From an uncultured Candidatus Saccharibacteria bacterium (GTDB lineage Bacteria > Patescibacteriota > Saccharimonadia > Saccharimonadales > CAYLGV01), in contig CAYMZG010000001.1 in NCBI GenBank assembly GCA_964394925.1, forward strand, positions 67,656-131,655: DNA of 64,000 bases, in the 5' to 3' direction. Both the position numbers and the translations under genes were made by a program. How positions within the stretch are numbered: the first letter of the stretch is position 1; each line of letters opens with the position of its first letter. Below the pieces are notes generated by a model, which was not told where the DNA came from, searched no databases, and worked only from the letters and a program-made list of their open reading frames with translations. This document shows positions 43,891 through 53,287 of this stretch, piece after piece.

Positions 43891-44571
43891 ATGAGGTATC
43901 GAAACAAGAGAATTTACACATGGTCACCAAGTATAGCCTATGCTACAGGCCTCATAGCGAGTGACGGCTGTCTTCTGTCTGACGGGAGACATATTGACCT
44001 AACCTCAAAAGATATTGATCAATTGGAAAACTTCTGCAAAGCAATTGGACGGGATATAAACATTACTACGAAGACGAGTGGAAAGCGTGATACATACTAT
44101 AGGGTTCAATTCAGTGATGTAGCATTCTACGATTTCTTGCTAGGCTGTGGCTTAACCCCAAATAAAAGTTTAAGCATTGGCGGGCTAGAAATGCCCGAGA
44201 GATATTACTCCCATTTCTTACGAGGTGTATTTGATGGCGATGGGACAACATATGGGTATTATGACTTGCGCTGGCGTTCAAGTTTTCTTTACTATGTTTC
44301 CTTTGCCGGTGCTAGTTTGGATTTCATCAAATATTTATGTGACATGAATGCTAAGGCGCTCAATACACTTGGAAGATCTATCACAAAAGGCAATCGAGTG
44401 TTTAGTTTGCAATATGCAAAACGTGATGCTTACCGGTTATATCGTGGTATGTATTTGGACGCAGGCGATTTGTTTCTTGCTCGCAAACGAACCAAGTTAG
44501 AAGATTTTATTAAACAAGATAAAAATGGTACAATTCTCCAGTCATTGAGCGCGAGTGGCGTAATCCGGTAG
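43891..44571 (+). CDS. LAGLIDADG homing endonuclease (double-motif)
   Basis: Two LAGLIDADG motifs (YATGLIASDGCL and FLRGVFDGDGTT). The last 23 nt overlap tRNA-Leu(GAG). Confidence 0.8.
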   Translation: MRYRNKRIYTWSPSIAYATGLIASDGCLLSDGRHIDLTSKDIDQLENFCKAIGRDINITTKTSGKRDTYYRVQFSDVAFYDFLLGCGLTPNKSLSIGGLEMPERYYSHFLRGVFDGDGTTYGYYDLRWRSSFLYYVSFAGASLDFIKYLCDMNAKALNTLGRSITKGNRVFSLQYAKRDAYRLYRGMYLDAGDLFLARKRTKLEDFIKQDKNGTILQSLSASGVIR

Positions 44572-44636
44572 CCGCGCTAGCATGAGGGGCTAGTGTCCGA
44601 AAGGACGTGGAGGTTCAAATCCTCTCTCGCGCACCA
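44549..44636 (+). tRNA. tRNA-Leu(GAG), class II, CCA encoded
   Basis: Acceptor GCGCGAG/CTCGCGC, anticodon stem CTAGC/GCTAG with loop ATGAGGG, variable arm GTCC-GAAA-GGAC, T arm GGAGG-TTCAAAT-CCTCT. Confidence 0.8.
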
Positions 44637-44700
44637 ATGTTTGCAAATCAGCTCCCAACACGGAGCTGTTTTTATTTTGTTACCTGTTACTAACTGAGGG

Positions 44701-46491
44701 CTAGTCTTTGAGCGATGGCTCTTGAACCACCATCCAGTTTTCAACGTTAGCGAACCGATCAGCTGCTGTATTTACTGTTTTGCTGTCGAGGCCGAAGACA
44801 TGCTCATGCGTGACATAGTAAAAACGTGGTTGATACAGGGCAAGTGCGGGCGCATCATTCTTCCAGGCCTGCAGGAAAGGTAGATACTTGGCCGTTCGTA
44901 TCTGTGTATCTATGCGCGTCCTGCCACCTTCCAGGGCCTTATCTGCCACGCCAGACTTGTAATTAGAGAAGTTTAGGCGGTTAACAGAGCGTATGTCGGC
45001 CTGTGAGCTATGCCAGTAGGCAAAGACATCTGGGTCCGAACCAATCGAAATTCCATACAGCAATGCATCATATTGACGGCCGGAAACAGTCGCCTGCAAA
45101 TCTTGATCAGCAGGCAGTACAACCTCTGTTTTGACCCCGACTTCTTGCCACGCCTTTTGTAGCTTCTGGGAAACAGCCGCGTAATCGGCATTGTTTGGCG
45201 CATACAGTCGAATCGTCAACTCTTCTTTGCCCTTTTTACGAGTTTGGCCAGCGCCCGGCTGGTTCCAGCCGGCTTCGTCGAGCAGCTTGGCGGCTTGCGC
45301 TTTGTCGTAGCCAAGTTGTTTTGCTGCTGGATTGTAGCCAAGTTGACCCTTCAAAATTGGCTCATCCGCCATAACGACCGGATAGCCGAGGCCACTCACG
45401 GCATCGGCGGTGCTCACTGATTGAATGAGTGCTTTGCGAACCTTGACATCTTTCAGTATCTCGCTGTCGGTCTTAAAAAAGACCATGGTTTCGGCAGTAA
45501 GAGGTATACTGTATTCCTGAATGTTCTTCGTTTTAGCCAACTGGTCTGGCAGACGCTCAATGCCAACCATAGCGTTAATTTCTTGCTCTTTAAAGCTATC
45601 GGCGAGCATGTTTTCATTCGGATATGTCTTAACCACAAATTGACTTATCTTTGGGGCACCAGCGTGATACCCGTTAAATGCTTCAAGACCGATCTGTTGC
45701 TGGTTGGCCTGGTTATTGCCGCTGGCAGTCAGCTCGATAGTATCCCATTTAAATGGGCCCGCCCCAATTGGCCGTGAAGTGTTAAACGAAGCTGAGCGGA
45801 GCTGTGCGGCAGGAATGCTTTTAAGGCTGTGTTTTGGCACAAGGCCGGTCGTGAGGCTCTGCGGGAAAGATGCCAGCACCCCAGGCAAGGTAAAGGTAAG
45901 CTGACGCGGACTATCAATTTTGATCTTCACACCTTGCAAGCCATGGAAGAGCGGCGACTTGGCGTCGGGATTCTGAATAGTCTGAAACGTAAAAGCTACG
46001 TCTTCACTGGTAAGTGGCTGGCCATCTTGCCAGGTTAGATCGGGCTTTAGCACAACAGTGTAGCTCTTGCCGTCAGCGCCTACTTTCCAGCTTTCTGCCA
46101 GATCGCCCACCAAGTGGTTGTGGCTGTCATATTTTAGTAAACCAGCGAAAATTAGACGAGAAACAGTGCTGTCTGTCATGCTTGTGGCGTACAGTGGGTT
46201 AGCGTTGGTGAATGTTCCCACGATGCCTTCGGTGTAAGTACCACCAGCAACGGGTTTGAGGTCAAGGTAATAATTCTCGAGGGCACGTAGTTGCATGCCC
46301 ACACCAACCATCAAGATGACCACCAATAAAAGCCAGGCAATCACAAATCGCTTCACACCCGCTAAGCGCGGTAAACGTCGAAAGAAATTGCGCTCCAGAT
46401 GGTCTTCGGCCTGTGAGCCGAGATCTTCAACCTGCCGCTTGCTGCGGCGCACATGGCGTCGAAACTTCAGCTTGGTTTTTCGATCAATCAT
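44701..46491 (-). CDS. ABC transporter substrate-binding protein, family 5 (peptide/nickel type)
   Basis: N-terminal TM anchor and length/sequence typical of SBP_bac_5 (LKYDSHNHLVGDLAESW...KPDLTWQDG). Confidence 0.75.
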   Translation of the reverse strand: MIDRKTKLKFRRHVRRSKRQVEDLGSQAEDHLERNFFRRLPRLAGVKRFVIAWLLLVVILMVGVGMQLRALENYYLDLKPVAGGTYTEGIVGTFTNANPLYATSMTDSTVSRLIFAGLLKYDSHNHLVGDLAESWKVGADGKSYTVVLKPDLTWQDGQPLTSEDVAFTFQTIQNPDAKSPLFHGLQGVKIKIDSPRQLTFTLPGVLASFPQSLTTGLVPKHSLKSIPAAQLRSASFNTSRPIGAGPFKWDTIELTASGNNQANQQQIGLEAFNGYHAGAPKISQFVVKTYPNENMLADSFKEQEINAMVGIERLPDQLAKTKNIQEYSIPLTAETMVFFKTDSEILKDVKVRKALIQSVSTADAVSGLGYPVVMADEPILKGQLGYNPAAKQLGYDKAQAAKLLDEAGWNQPGAGQTRKKGKEELTIRLYAPNNADYAAVSQKLQKAWQEVGVKTEVVLPADQDLQATVSGRQYDALLYGISIGSDPDVFAYWHSSQADIRSVNRLNFSNYKSGVADKALEGGRTRIDTQIRTAKYLPFLQAWKNDAPALALYQPRFYYVTHEHVFGLDSKTVNTAADRFANVENWMVVQEPSLKD

Positions 46492-46516
46492 GAAATGGCT
46501 TTAGACTCCTCTTGCC

Positions 46517-46729
46517 CTAGGCAACGATACCTAGTAGCAGAGAGGCGGCAAAAATGATCACAGCCACAATGGTGATCTGGTGCAGCGTACGGTCTGAACC
46601 GCGTCGCACCGTATTCACTTCGCCGCCACCACCCATGCCAGCCCCCAGGCTTGCACCGCGCGTCTGAATTAATACCAAAATGGTCACGAATACTGCCGAG
46701 ACAATAGTCAAATAGTTATAAATATTCAT
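46517..46729 (-). CDS. secG: Preprotein translocase subunit SecG
   Basis: 70 aa with two TM helices and a Gly-rich loop (RGASLGAGMGGGG). Confidence 0.8.
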   Translation of the reverse strand: MNIYNYLTIVSAVFVTILVLIQTRGASLGAGMGGGGEVNTVRRGSDRTLHQITIVAVIIFAASLLLGIVA

Positions 46730-47121
46730 CGATCCTCCAGAATTGCACTCACTAGATAGTTTACCAGGCCAATCACCATACCAGCAAGCATTGCGGCCCC
46801 AAAATTATTCACCTGGAGCGGCGGGTAAAGCCAACTCACCAGCAAAACCATCAGACCATTTATAACAATCATAAATAAGCCGAGGCTGAAAAGGATAGCC
46901 GGTAACGACAAAATAACCACTAACGGCTTAATGATGGTGTTAATAAGTGCTAGTAGGAAACCGGCAATCAATAGCACAGTAATGGTGCTGCCTTCATAGG
47001 TGACACGCTGGCCAAGAATGCCGGCAGCAATCCAAATTCCAAGGCCACAAACAAACCATCTCAATAGAAAGCGCGTTAACGGGCCTTGTTTCATTAGCGT
47101 TATTGTACCACCTCTCAACAA
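46726..47121 (-). CDS. Phage holin family 4 / DUF360 membrane protein
   Basis: Four TM helices and the INTIIKPLVVILSLPAILFSLGLF pattern typical of PF04020. Confidence 0.65.
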   Translation of the reverse strand: MLRGGTITLMKQGPLTRFLLRWFVCGLGIWIAAGILGQRVTYEGSTITVLLIAGFLLALINTIIKPLVVILSLPAILFSLGLFMIVINGLMVLLVSWLYPPLQVNNFGAAMLAGMVIGLVNYLVSAILEDR

Positions 47122-47124
47122 GTC

Positions 47125-47742
47125 TTATACAACTGGTTTTAGGTACAACCGCCAGAAACGCGCATAGAGTTTTACAAGTACAACCAAAATAGCTATGCCG
47201 CCAGCAAAGGCAATTACTGTGCCTATTAGAGACAGAATGTCTCGTAAGGCAAAGCTGCTGGTAACGGCACTGAGGAATAGCAATTTGCAGCTTGGAACAA
47301 TAACCGCCAAGAAAAAGAACACATAGCCCAATATCAGAATAGTGAGCGCTGCAAAAAATAGGTAGTGCGCTGCTACCGACTGAATAACATTGCCGCGCCG
47401 CTTAGTGTTCTGCTCGTGCTCAACAAGCTCTTCATCCTCTTTGATCTTGAGGAGCGAATTCTGCATCAACCAAATACCAGCATAAATAAGGCTTCCAATA
47501 GCACCCCAAAAAAACATCACGCTGGCCGTGCCAAGCAGTGATGATCTGCGCAAGGCGTCAATCTTGAGCCATAAAATGTTAGCGTTAGCACCGAACGTTA
47601 CAACATCAACCGTAATACCATCGCTCAGGTGTCCCCATATTTGACTAACATTCAGCAATGTCAGAATCAGCGCCGAAGCAATAACATAGGTTATAATCTC
47701 AACGCCGCCGGGGAGCAAGGAGTTATCTTCACGATTTGACAT
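47125..47742 (-). CDS. Hypothetical multi-pass membrane protein
   Basis: 205-aa ORF with 5 or more hydrophobic helices. Confidence 0.5.
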   Translation of the reverse strand: MSNREDNSLLPGGVEIITYVIASALILTLLNVSQIWGHLSDGITVDVVTFGANANILWLKIDALRRSSLLGTASVMFFWGAIGSLIYAGIWLMQNSLLKIKEDEELVEHEQNTKRRGNVIQSVAAHYLFFAALTILILGYVFFFLAVIVPSCKLLFLSAVTSSFALRDILSLIGTVIAFAGGIAILVVLVKLYARFWRLYLKPVV

Positions 47743-47766
47743 ATGTATATCGTAGCCTGATATTGT

Positions 47767-48975
47767 CTACACCCCAAGCACGTTGTGGCCGGTACTAGTG
47801 ATGAGCACATCGTCTTCAATTCGCACACCAATTCCCTCTTTAGGAATATAGATGCCTGGCTCAACTGTTAGAATTACACCTTCGCTGAGAGGCTCATCAT
47901 AGTCGCCCGTGTCGTGCACATCAATGCCTAAGAAATGAGATGTGGCATGCGGGAAATATTCACGAATGGCCTCGTGACTTGGCTCTTTAATGAGGCCAAG
48001 CTTTTGAAGTTCTTCGCCCATTCGTGCCTCGACTTGTTTTTCGTAATCACGCATCAGCACACCCGGCTTGAGAAGTGACATGGCGTATTCGGCAACAGCT
48101 TCAACGCTTTCATATACTTCCCAAAAGCGCTTATTTTCTTTTGGCGCCCAGCAGCGTGATATATCGGCCGTGTAGTGCTCATACTCGGCACCAATATCGA
48201 GTAACATGCTCGAGCTATTATCGACTGCTTGGTAATTTCCAAAGGGGTGAATGGTCGCAGCCTTGGAGCCGCCAGCAACAATCGGGTCAAAGCCGTGACC
48301 ATTGCCACCGTCTTGGTAAAAGGCACGGGTGAGTGCTAGCTCAATATCAAGTTCGGTCTTGAAAATCTTGCCTTCAAAACCGCGCCGCACTTCTTGTATG
48401 CCAGCCATGGTAATGTCGACCGCTCTTTGGATGGCGGCTTGCTCCAGTGGTTGCTTGACCATGCGCATTTTGCCAACAGTCGAGCGAATATCTATCAGCT
48501 CAAGCTCTTTATTGACGGATTGCATTTGCTCAACCAAACGCTTGCGCGCTGGGTTGGTATACATGCCAAACCACTCAATGTAGGCATCTGGCGGCCGTAA
48601 AATGCCGACACGCTTTGACTTTTTCAGTATTTTACTCAAGCGATCCCAACCTGCTTCCCACGCTAGCACCTCGTTAACACCACTTGCCGCCTGTAAGTCC
48701 TCGGCGCTTACCGTGCCATCAAACGCTTGCCGTGTGGCACTCAGTTCAGGTACAACTAGAAAACTCGTATCGCCATCTATAACAATTAGAACATTTGGTT
48801 CATCAACTCCCGTAAAATACCAAAAACTACCATCTTGCTTGAAGGGATACGTAGTATCTGTGCTTTTTTGGAGTAGGCCGCTAGCCGTCAGAATTATAGG
48901 GTAATCTGCGCCCACTAAGCTCACGAGTCGTGTGCGGTTTTGCTGAAAGAAATCATTTGTAAAGTGAGCATTCAT
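47767..48975 (-). CDS. Xaa-Pro aminopeptidase (M24B)
   Basis: Metal ligand context DIGAEYEHYTADISR, HFLGIDVHD, EPGIY and RIEDD. Confidence 0.85.
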   Translation of the reverse strand: MNAHFTNDFFQQNRTRLVSLVGADYPIILTASGLLQKSTDTTYPFKQDGSFWYFTGVDEPNVLIVIDGDTSFLVVPELSATRQAFDGTVSAEDLQAASGVNEVLAWEAGWDRLSKILKKSKRVGILRPPDAYIEWFGMYTNPARKRLVEQMQSVNKELELIDIRSTVGKMRMVKQPLEQAAIQRAVDITMAGIQEVRRGFEGKIFKTELDIELALTRAFYQDGGNGHGFDPIVAGGSKAATIHPFGNYQAVDNSSSMLLDIGAEYEHYTADISRCWAPKENKRFWEVYESVEAVAEYAMSLLKPGVLMRDYEKQVEARMGEELQKLGLIKEPSHEAIREYFPHATSHFLGIDVHDTGDYDEPLSEGVILTVEPGIYIPKEGIGVRIEDDVLITSTGHNVLGV

Positions 48976-48994
48976 AGTCCAAAGCAGTATAGCA

Positions 48995-50539
48995 TTACTT
49001 ATCTGGCTCGCTAATGGGTGGAGCTAGCTCAACTTTGGCTTCGCGTTTTAGGGGTCGTAGGTACTGCTTTAAAATGGCCGCTTTCTTTTCACCGACAACC
49101 TTTTCGAGCTCGGCATCGCGGGCTTGCATTACGCCCTTCAAGCTGCCAAACGTGCGTATTAGTTTTTTACGCGTCGCGGGACCAATGGTCGGGATATCAT
49201 CGAGCATACTGGCTGTTTGGCGCTTCTGTTTTAGCACCGAGTGATAACTAACTGCGAACCGATGAGATTCATCACGAATACGCTGCAACAGTTTCACGGC
49301 ATGGCTATTTTTTGGTAATAATATTAGGGTAAAGTCTTCCGATTCGGTGGTAATCGCGTTCAGTCGATGCAGCTCGCTCTTGTTGATTGTTGCGTTGGAT
49401 TTTTCCAGATGCACCACAATTTCCTCTTCGCGTTTGGCCAGGCCAATCATGGGTGTTTGTAGGCCAGCAGCATCACGCGCTTTGATGGCCGCACCAAGCT
49501 GCCCCTTACCTCCGTCTATCAGGAATAAGCTTGGCACACCCCAGGCTTTACGATTCTTTTCACTCAGCCGACGCGATATGGCCTCGTTCATATGAGCAAA
49601 ATCGTCATTGCCAGGAATACGCATCTTAAATTTGCGATACGCCGCCTTGTCGGGCAGGCCATTTACAAACACCACCATACTGGCTACGTTGTCCGTGCCT
49701 TGCATGTGGCTTATGTCGTAGCCTTCGATGCGCTTGGGCACCTCAGGCAGTCCCAGGATCTGTGCCAACTCCATAAGCCCCTTATCCTTACTGATGTCCA
49801 GGAACTCACGATCCGAAAATACAATTTGCCTGTCCAGCCCCTTCAGTGCCAGTAACTGGTTTCGGTATGCCGCCGCCTGCTCGAACTCCTTAGCTTTAGC
49901 CGCCTTATTCATACTCTTTTCAAGGTCTTTTATAAGTACTTTTCGCTCGCCACGTAAATATTGCATGAGATAGCGTAGGTTTTTACGATATTCTTTTACG
50001 TCGGTTTTGCCTGCCTCAATCCCCGGGCATAAGCCCAAGTGATACTGCAAACAAGCACGTTTGGGCACCTCGCGGTAATGCGTAGAATACGGAAAGGCTC
50101 GGCGCAGATATTTGAGGGCACGCTTCACGGCCAAAGCACTAAAATATGGACCGAGGTAGGTTGCACCATCGTCGAGCGGTCGACGGGTCAGCGTGACCGT
50201 TGGATGGGGATCATTATAGCTAATACGTACATAACTAAGGCTCTTGTCGTCACGCAGCAGAATGTTATACGGCGGCATATAGCGACGAATAAGCTCGGCT
50301 TCTAGGAATAAGGCGTCGAGCTCGGTCTCTACCTCCGTCCATTCCACATCGGCAATCTCAGCAACTAAAGCATCTGTTTTTGGGTCACGCGTGCGAGATT
50401 TCTGAAAGTACTGTCGTACACGGTTACGGAGCACCGCCGCTTTGCCAATGTAAATAATGTCGCCCTTGGCGTTCTTATGAAAATACACACCCGGCGTTTT
50501 GGGCAGTTCCTGTAGTTTTGTCTCCAGCTGCTTATTCAC
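48995..50539 (-). CDS. uvrC: Excinuclease ABC subunit C
   Basis: GIY-YIG (GVYFHKNAKGDIIYIGKA), a UVR domain, an endonuclease V-like domain and a C-terminal HhH (IPTIGPATRKKLIRTFGS). Confidence 0.9.
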   Translation of the reverse strand: MNKQLETKLQELPKTPGVYFHKNAKGDIIYIGKAAVLRNRVRQYFQKSRTRDPKTDALVAEIADVEWTEVETELDALFLEAELIRRYMPPYNILLRDDKSLSYVRISYNDPHPTVTLTRRPLDDGATYLGPYFSALAVKRALKYLRRAFPYSTHYREVPKRACLQYHLGLCPGIEAGKTDVKEYRKNLRYLMQYLRGERKVLIKDLEKSMNKAAKAKEFEQAAAYRNQLLALKGLDRQIVFSDREFLDISKDKGLMELAQILGLPEVPKRIEGYDISHMQGTDNVASMVVFVNGLPDKAAYRKFKMRIPGNDDFAHMNEAISRRLSEKNRKAWGVPSLFLIDGGKGQLGAAIKARDAAGLQTPMIGLAKREEEIVVHLEKSNATINKSELHRLNAITTESEDFTLILLPKNSHAVKLLQRIRDESHRFAVSYHSVLKQKRQTASMLDDIPTIGPATRKKLIRTFGSLKGVMQARDAELEKVVGEKKAAILKQYLRPLKREAKVELAPPISEPDK

Positions 50540-50569
50540 ACCTATAGTATAAGGTGTTTTCTCTTTTGC

Positions 50570-51457
50570 TCAACGGGCAGGCGCCAGTGCGCCAGCATGC
50601 TTTTCGCAGAACGATGCTCCATTATCGCATTTTGCGCACATAAGGACCAAGCGGTTACAGCTCACATCGGCACAGTTAACAAAGTTACTCGTCTTGGCAC
50701 CACAATGTACACACTCACCAATGTCTTTGGCGTTAGCACTAAAACGATGTGTCATGCGCCCGTCGAAGATGTATAGCGTACCTTCCCATAAACCGTCGTC
50801 ACCATACTTTTCGCCGTATTTTACAATGCCGCCGTCGATTTGATACACCTCTTTAAAGCCGCGATTCTTCATGAGCACACTCAAGATTTCACATCGAATT
50901 CCACCGGTGCAATAGGTAATAATAGGCCGATTCTTGATCTCGTCGTACTTTGGATCTTCTAGTTCTTTCAAAAAATCGGGCGTTGTTTTAACGTTTGGAA
51001 TAATGGCATTTTTGAACTTTCCAACTTGCGCCTCGTAAGCATTGCGCCCATCGAAAAAGACGACCTCATCGCCCCGTTCTTGAATGAGCTTGTGTACTTC
51101 TTCGGGCTTTAAGTGAACGCCGCCGTTCTCGACGCCTTTTTCACTCACCACCAGCTCGTCAGCTGCCTTGAAGGCCACTAGCTCGTCACGAACCTTAATA
51201 GACAATTTTGGAAAGTCATCGGCGGTTCCGTCGGACCATTTATAGGTGATACCTTTAAACGTAACTGAGCGGTTCATCTCCCGTTTATATTCCAAAACGT
51301 TCTCGAGTTTGCCGCCGAGTGTACCATTAATGCCGTGCGGCGAAAGAATAATGCGCCCCTTAAGGCCTAAACGGTTACACAACTCACGCTGCCAGCGCAT
51401 TGTCATGGCTGGATCAGCCAACGGCACAAACTTGTAATACAGTATGATTTTCTCCAT
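50570..51457 (-). CDS. trhO: Rhodanese-domain tRNA uridine(34) hydroxylase TrhO (UPF0176/YceA)
   Basis: N-terminal ILYYKFVPLADP, rhodanese loop YCTGGIRCE, and a C-terminal Cys cluster. Confidence 0.8.
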   Translation of the reverse strand: MEKIILYYKFVPLADPAMTMRWQRELCNRLGLKGRIILSPHGINGTLGGKLENVLEYKREMNRSVTFKGITYKWSDGTADDFPKLSIKVRDELVAFKAADELVVSEKGVENGGVHLKPEEVHKLIQERGDEVVFFDGRNAYEAQVGKFKNAIIPNVKTTPDFLKELEDPKYDEIKNRPIITYCTGGIRCEILSVLMKNRGFKEVYQIDGGIVKYGEKYGDDGLWEGTLYIFDGRMTHRFSANAKDIGECVHCGAKTSNFVNCADVSCNRLVLMCAKCDNGASFCEKHAGALAPAR

Positions 51458-51501
51458 GTCAGCTACCCATTATACCGTACACCAAGCTAATATGAGGTGA
51501 T

Positions 51502-53025
51502 TCAGAATACAACCAAGAATAAGATGACGAGCAGTACGCCAACTCCAACAGCCAGCAGTGTGATGGTTTGTTTTTTGTTGCCGCTTGACCGCAGTGTATC
51601 ACCAGCGTTATTTGGCTGCGGGCTAGAAGCACTGCTGTCTTGTGTCGTCGATCCATAGGCGTAAGGTTGAACGCCCTCCGCATGAATTGCGTGGCTATAC
51701 GAACTCGTAGTGGCGTTACTAGCAGCCGATTGGTTCGCTGTGCCAGCAGTCTTGTGATTAGCGTGGTCAGGATCTTGCTCGATCCCCTCTACTTTGTTTG
51801 ACCGCAACTCTTCATGGAGGATGTTTTCAAAGGCCTTGCCGCTTAAATAAGCCTTCAAGACGCGGCGCAAACCCTTCTCATCTAGACGACCCGTTTCGAA
51901 GAGGCGCTTGGCATTTCCACTCTCAACCTTCAGACGTTCAGCAACCACCAGTAGCTCAGTTATGTTCATGCTATCGACAGACTTTGTGTGTATCTCCTGT
52001 GATTTTCTGGTCGGTGCTTCTGGACGGAAAGCAATCTTGCCAATCTTTTCGCTGGTTGCTTGGCGAGGTGCACTCGACTCTGGCGACTTAGATATTTCGG
52101 TCTTTTGTGCATGTTTGCGTTCTGCCATCTCGGCCTGTAGGCTCGACTGTTTTTCGGCTTGTTTACGTGTTAGTTTGCGGATCTTTTCTTCGCGAAGAAC
52201 GATTTGGTTTTCTAGATCAACCACTTGTTTCTCGAGTTTCTTTTGAATTGGCCCTAAGCGACGCTCGGTTTTAATGCGACCACGACGACGACCAATCAAA
52301 TATCCAACCAGCCCACCAGCCAACAAATACGGTGCTGCCGATTGACGCTCTGGCGCGCCAGCCGGGGCAATGTTCGGTGTAGGTGGTGTGATGAGAATAT
52401 TTGGAGCCCCTCCTGGGCCACCGAGAGCGCCAGGTCCGGCTGGGCCCGTGGGGCCTGCAGGCGCACCGCCGCCACCTGGAGGTGGAGTGCCAGCCCCACC
52501 AGCTGGTGGTGTCGAGCCAGTTGTAGCATCATCGTCGACCCGCTCTTCAGCATCATCATCTGGCGTTTCAATAATTTCGGCGTCGTCTACCGCTGATTCG
52601 TCGGGTGCTTCGATGTCAATGTCATCGCCCAGGAGTTCGGTGGCTGTCGCTTCAGCATTTTCCATAGCCTCATCGAAAGACTGGCCCGCTTCAAGATTCT
52701 CTTGCAAGGCTTCATCAAATTCAACGACTGGTATCACTTCTGTTTGCTCAACCGAGCCATCGGTGGCATCAACAAGTTCTTGCTTGGCAGCCTCTGCACG
52801 TAATCGTGCCAGCTCCACGGCAATTGCCGATGTTTCATCACTAGTAAGCTTCTCTACCGAGACAGCTTCTTCCCGATCACGTTTTTCGGCTTTATCATCT
52901 GCGTGATGCTCCTTAGCGGCCTTGCGTTCAACCTTTTTTGTGGATTTTTTCTCCTTTGAATCATTCGAATCATCATCGTCATCAGACGAAGCTTCAGGTG
53001 TGTAGCCAGGAAAATATTCTGCCAT
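51502..53025 (-). CDS. Hypothetical acidic, Pro/Gly-rich protein with C-terminal TM anchor
   Basis: Long low-complexity ORF. The ATG at 53025 (MAEYFPGY) is preferred. The C-terminus is LLAVGVGVLLVILFLVVF. Confidence 0.5.
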   Translation of the reverse strand: MAEYFPGYTPEASSDDDDDSNDSKEKKSTKKVERKAAKEHHADDKAEKRDREEAVSVEKLTSDETSAIAVELARLRAEAAKQELVDATDGSVEQTEVIPVVEFDEALQENLEAGQSFDEAMENAEATATELLGDDIDIEAPDESAVDDAEIIETPDDDAEERVDDDATTGSTPPAGGAGTPPPGGGGAPAGPTGPAGPGALGGPGGAPNILITPPTPNIAPAGAPERQSAAPYLLAGGLVGYLIGRRRGRIKTERRLGPIQKKLEKQVVDLENQIVLREEKIRKLTRKQAEKQSSLQAEMAERKHAQKTEISKSPESSAPRQATSEKIGKIAFRPEAPTRKSQEIHTKSVDSMNITELLVVAERLKVESGNAKRLFETGRLDEKGLRRVLKAYLSGKAFENILHEELRSNKVEGIEQDPDHANHKTAGTANQSAASNATTSSYSHAIHAEGVQPYAYGSTTQDSSASSPQPNNAGDTLRSSGNKKQTITLLAVGVGVLLVILFLVVF

Positions 53026-53287
53026 TACCCCCGTATTGTACCCACCACGTACCACCTCTGTAAATAAGATAATTCTCGACAAGCGCTTGACAAAAGTGAT
53101 ACAATACCTAGTCTAATTATCAAATTAAGGGAAAGGCCGGCACTTTTTATGATTATGCAATCTACGTTTCAGCGTGGTTATGCCGGTCGAACGGCTTGCT
53201 AGCCACCCTTGTAGAATCTCTTACTAAACTAAATTACCTTTTAAAACTAAATAGCCCTAAACCAGCGCAAGCGGGAGGCTTGCCGCT

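Noticed and set aside
52370-52906. 178-aa Pro/Gly/Ser-rich plus-strand ORF
   Set aside because: It is antisense to the long low-complexity gene 51502-53025. The open frame is a compositional artefact of the GC-rich repeat region.
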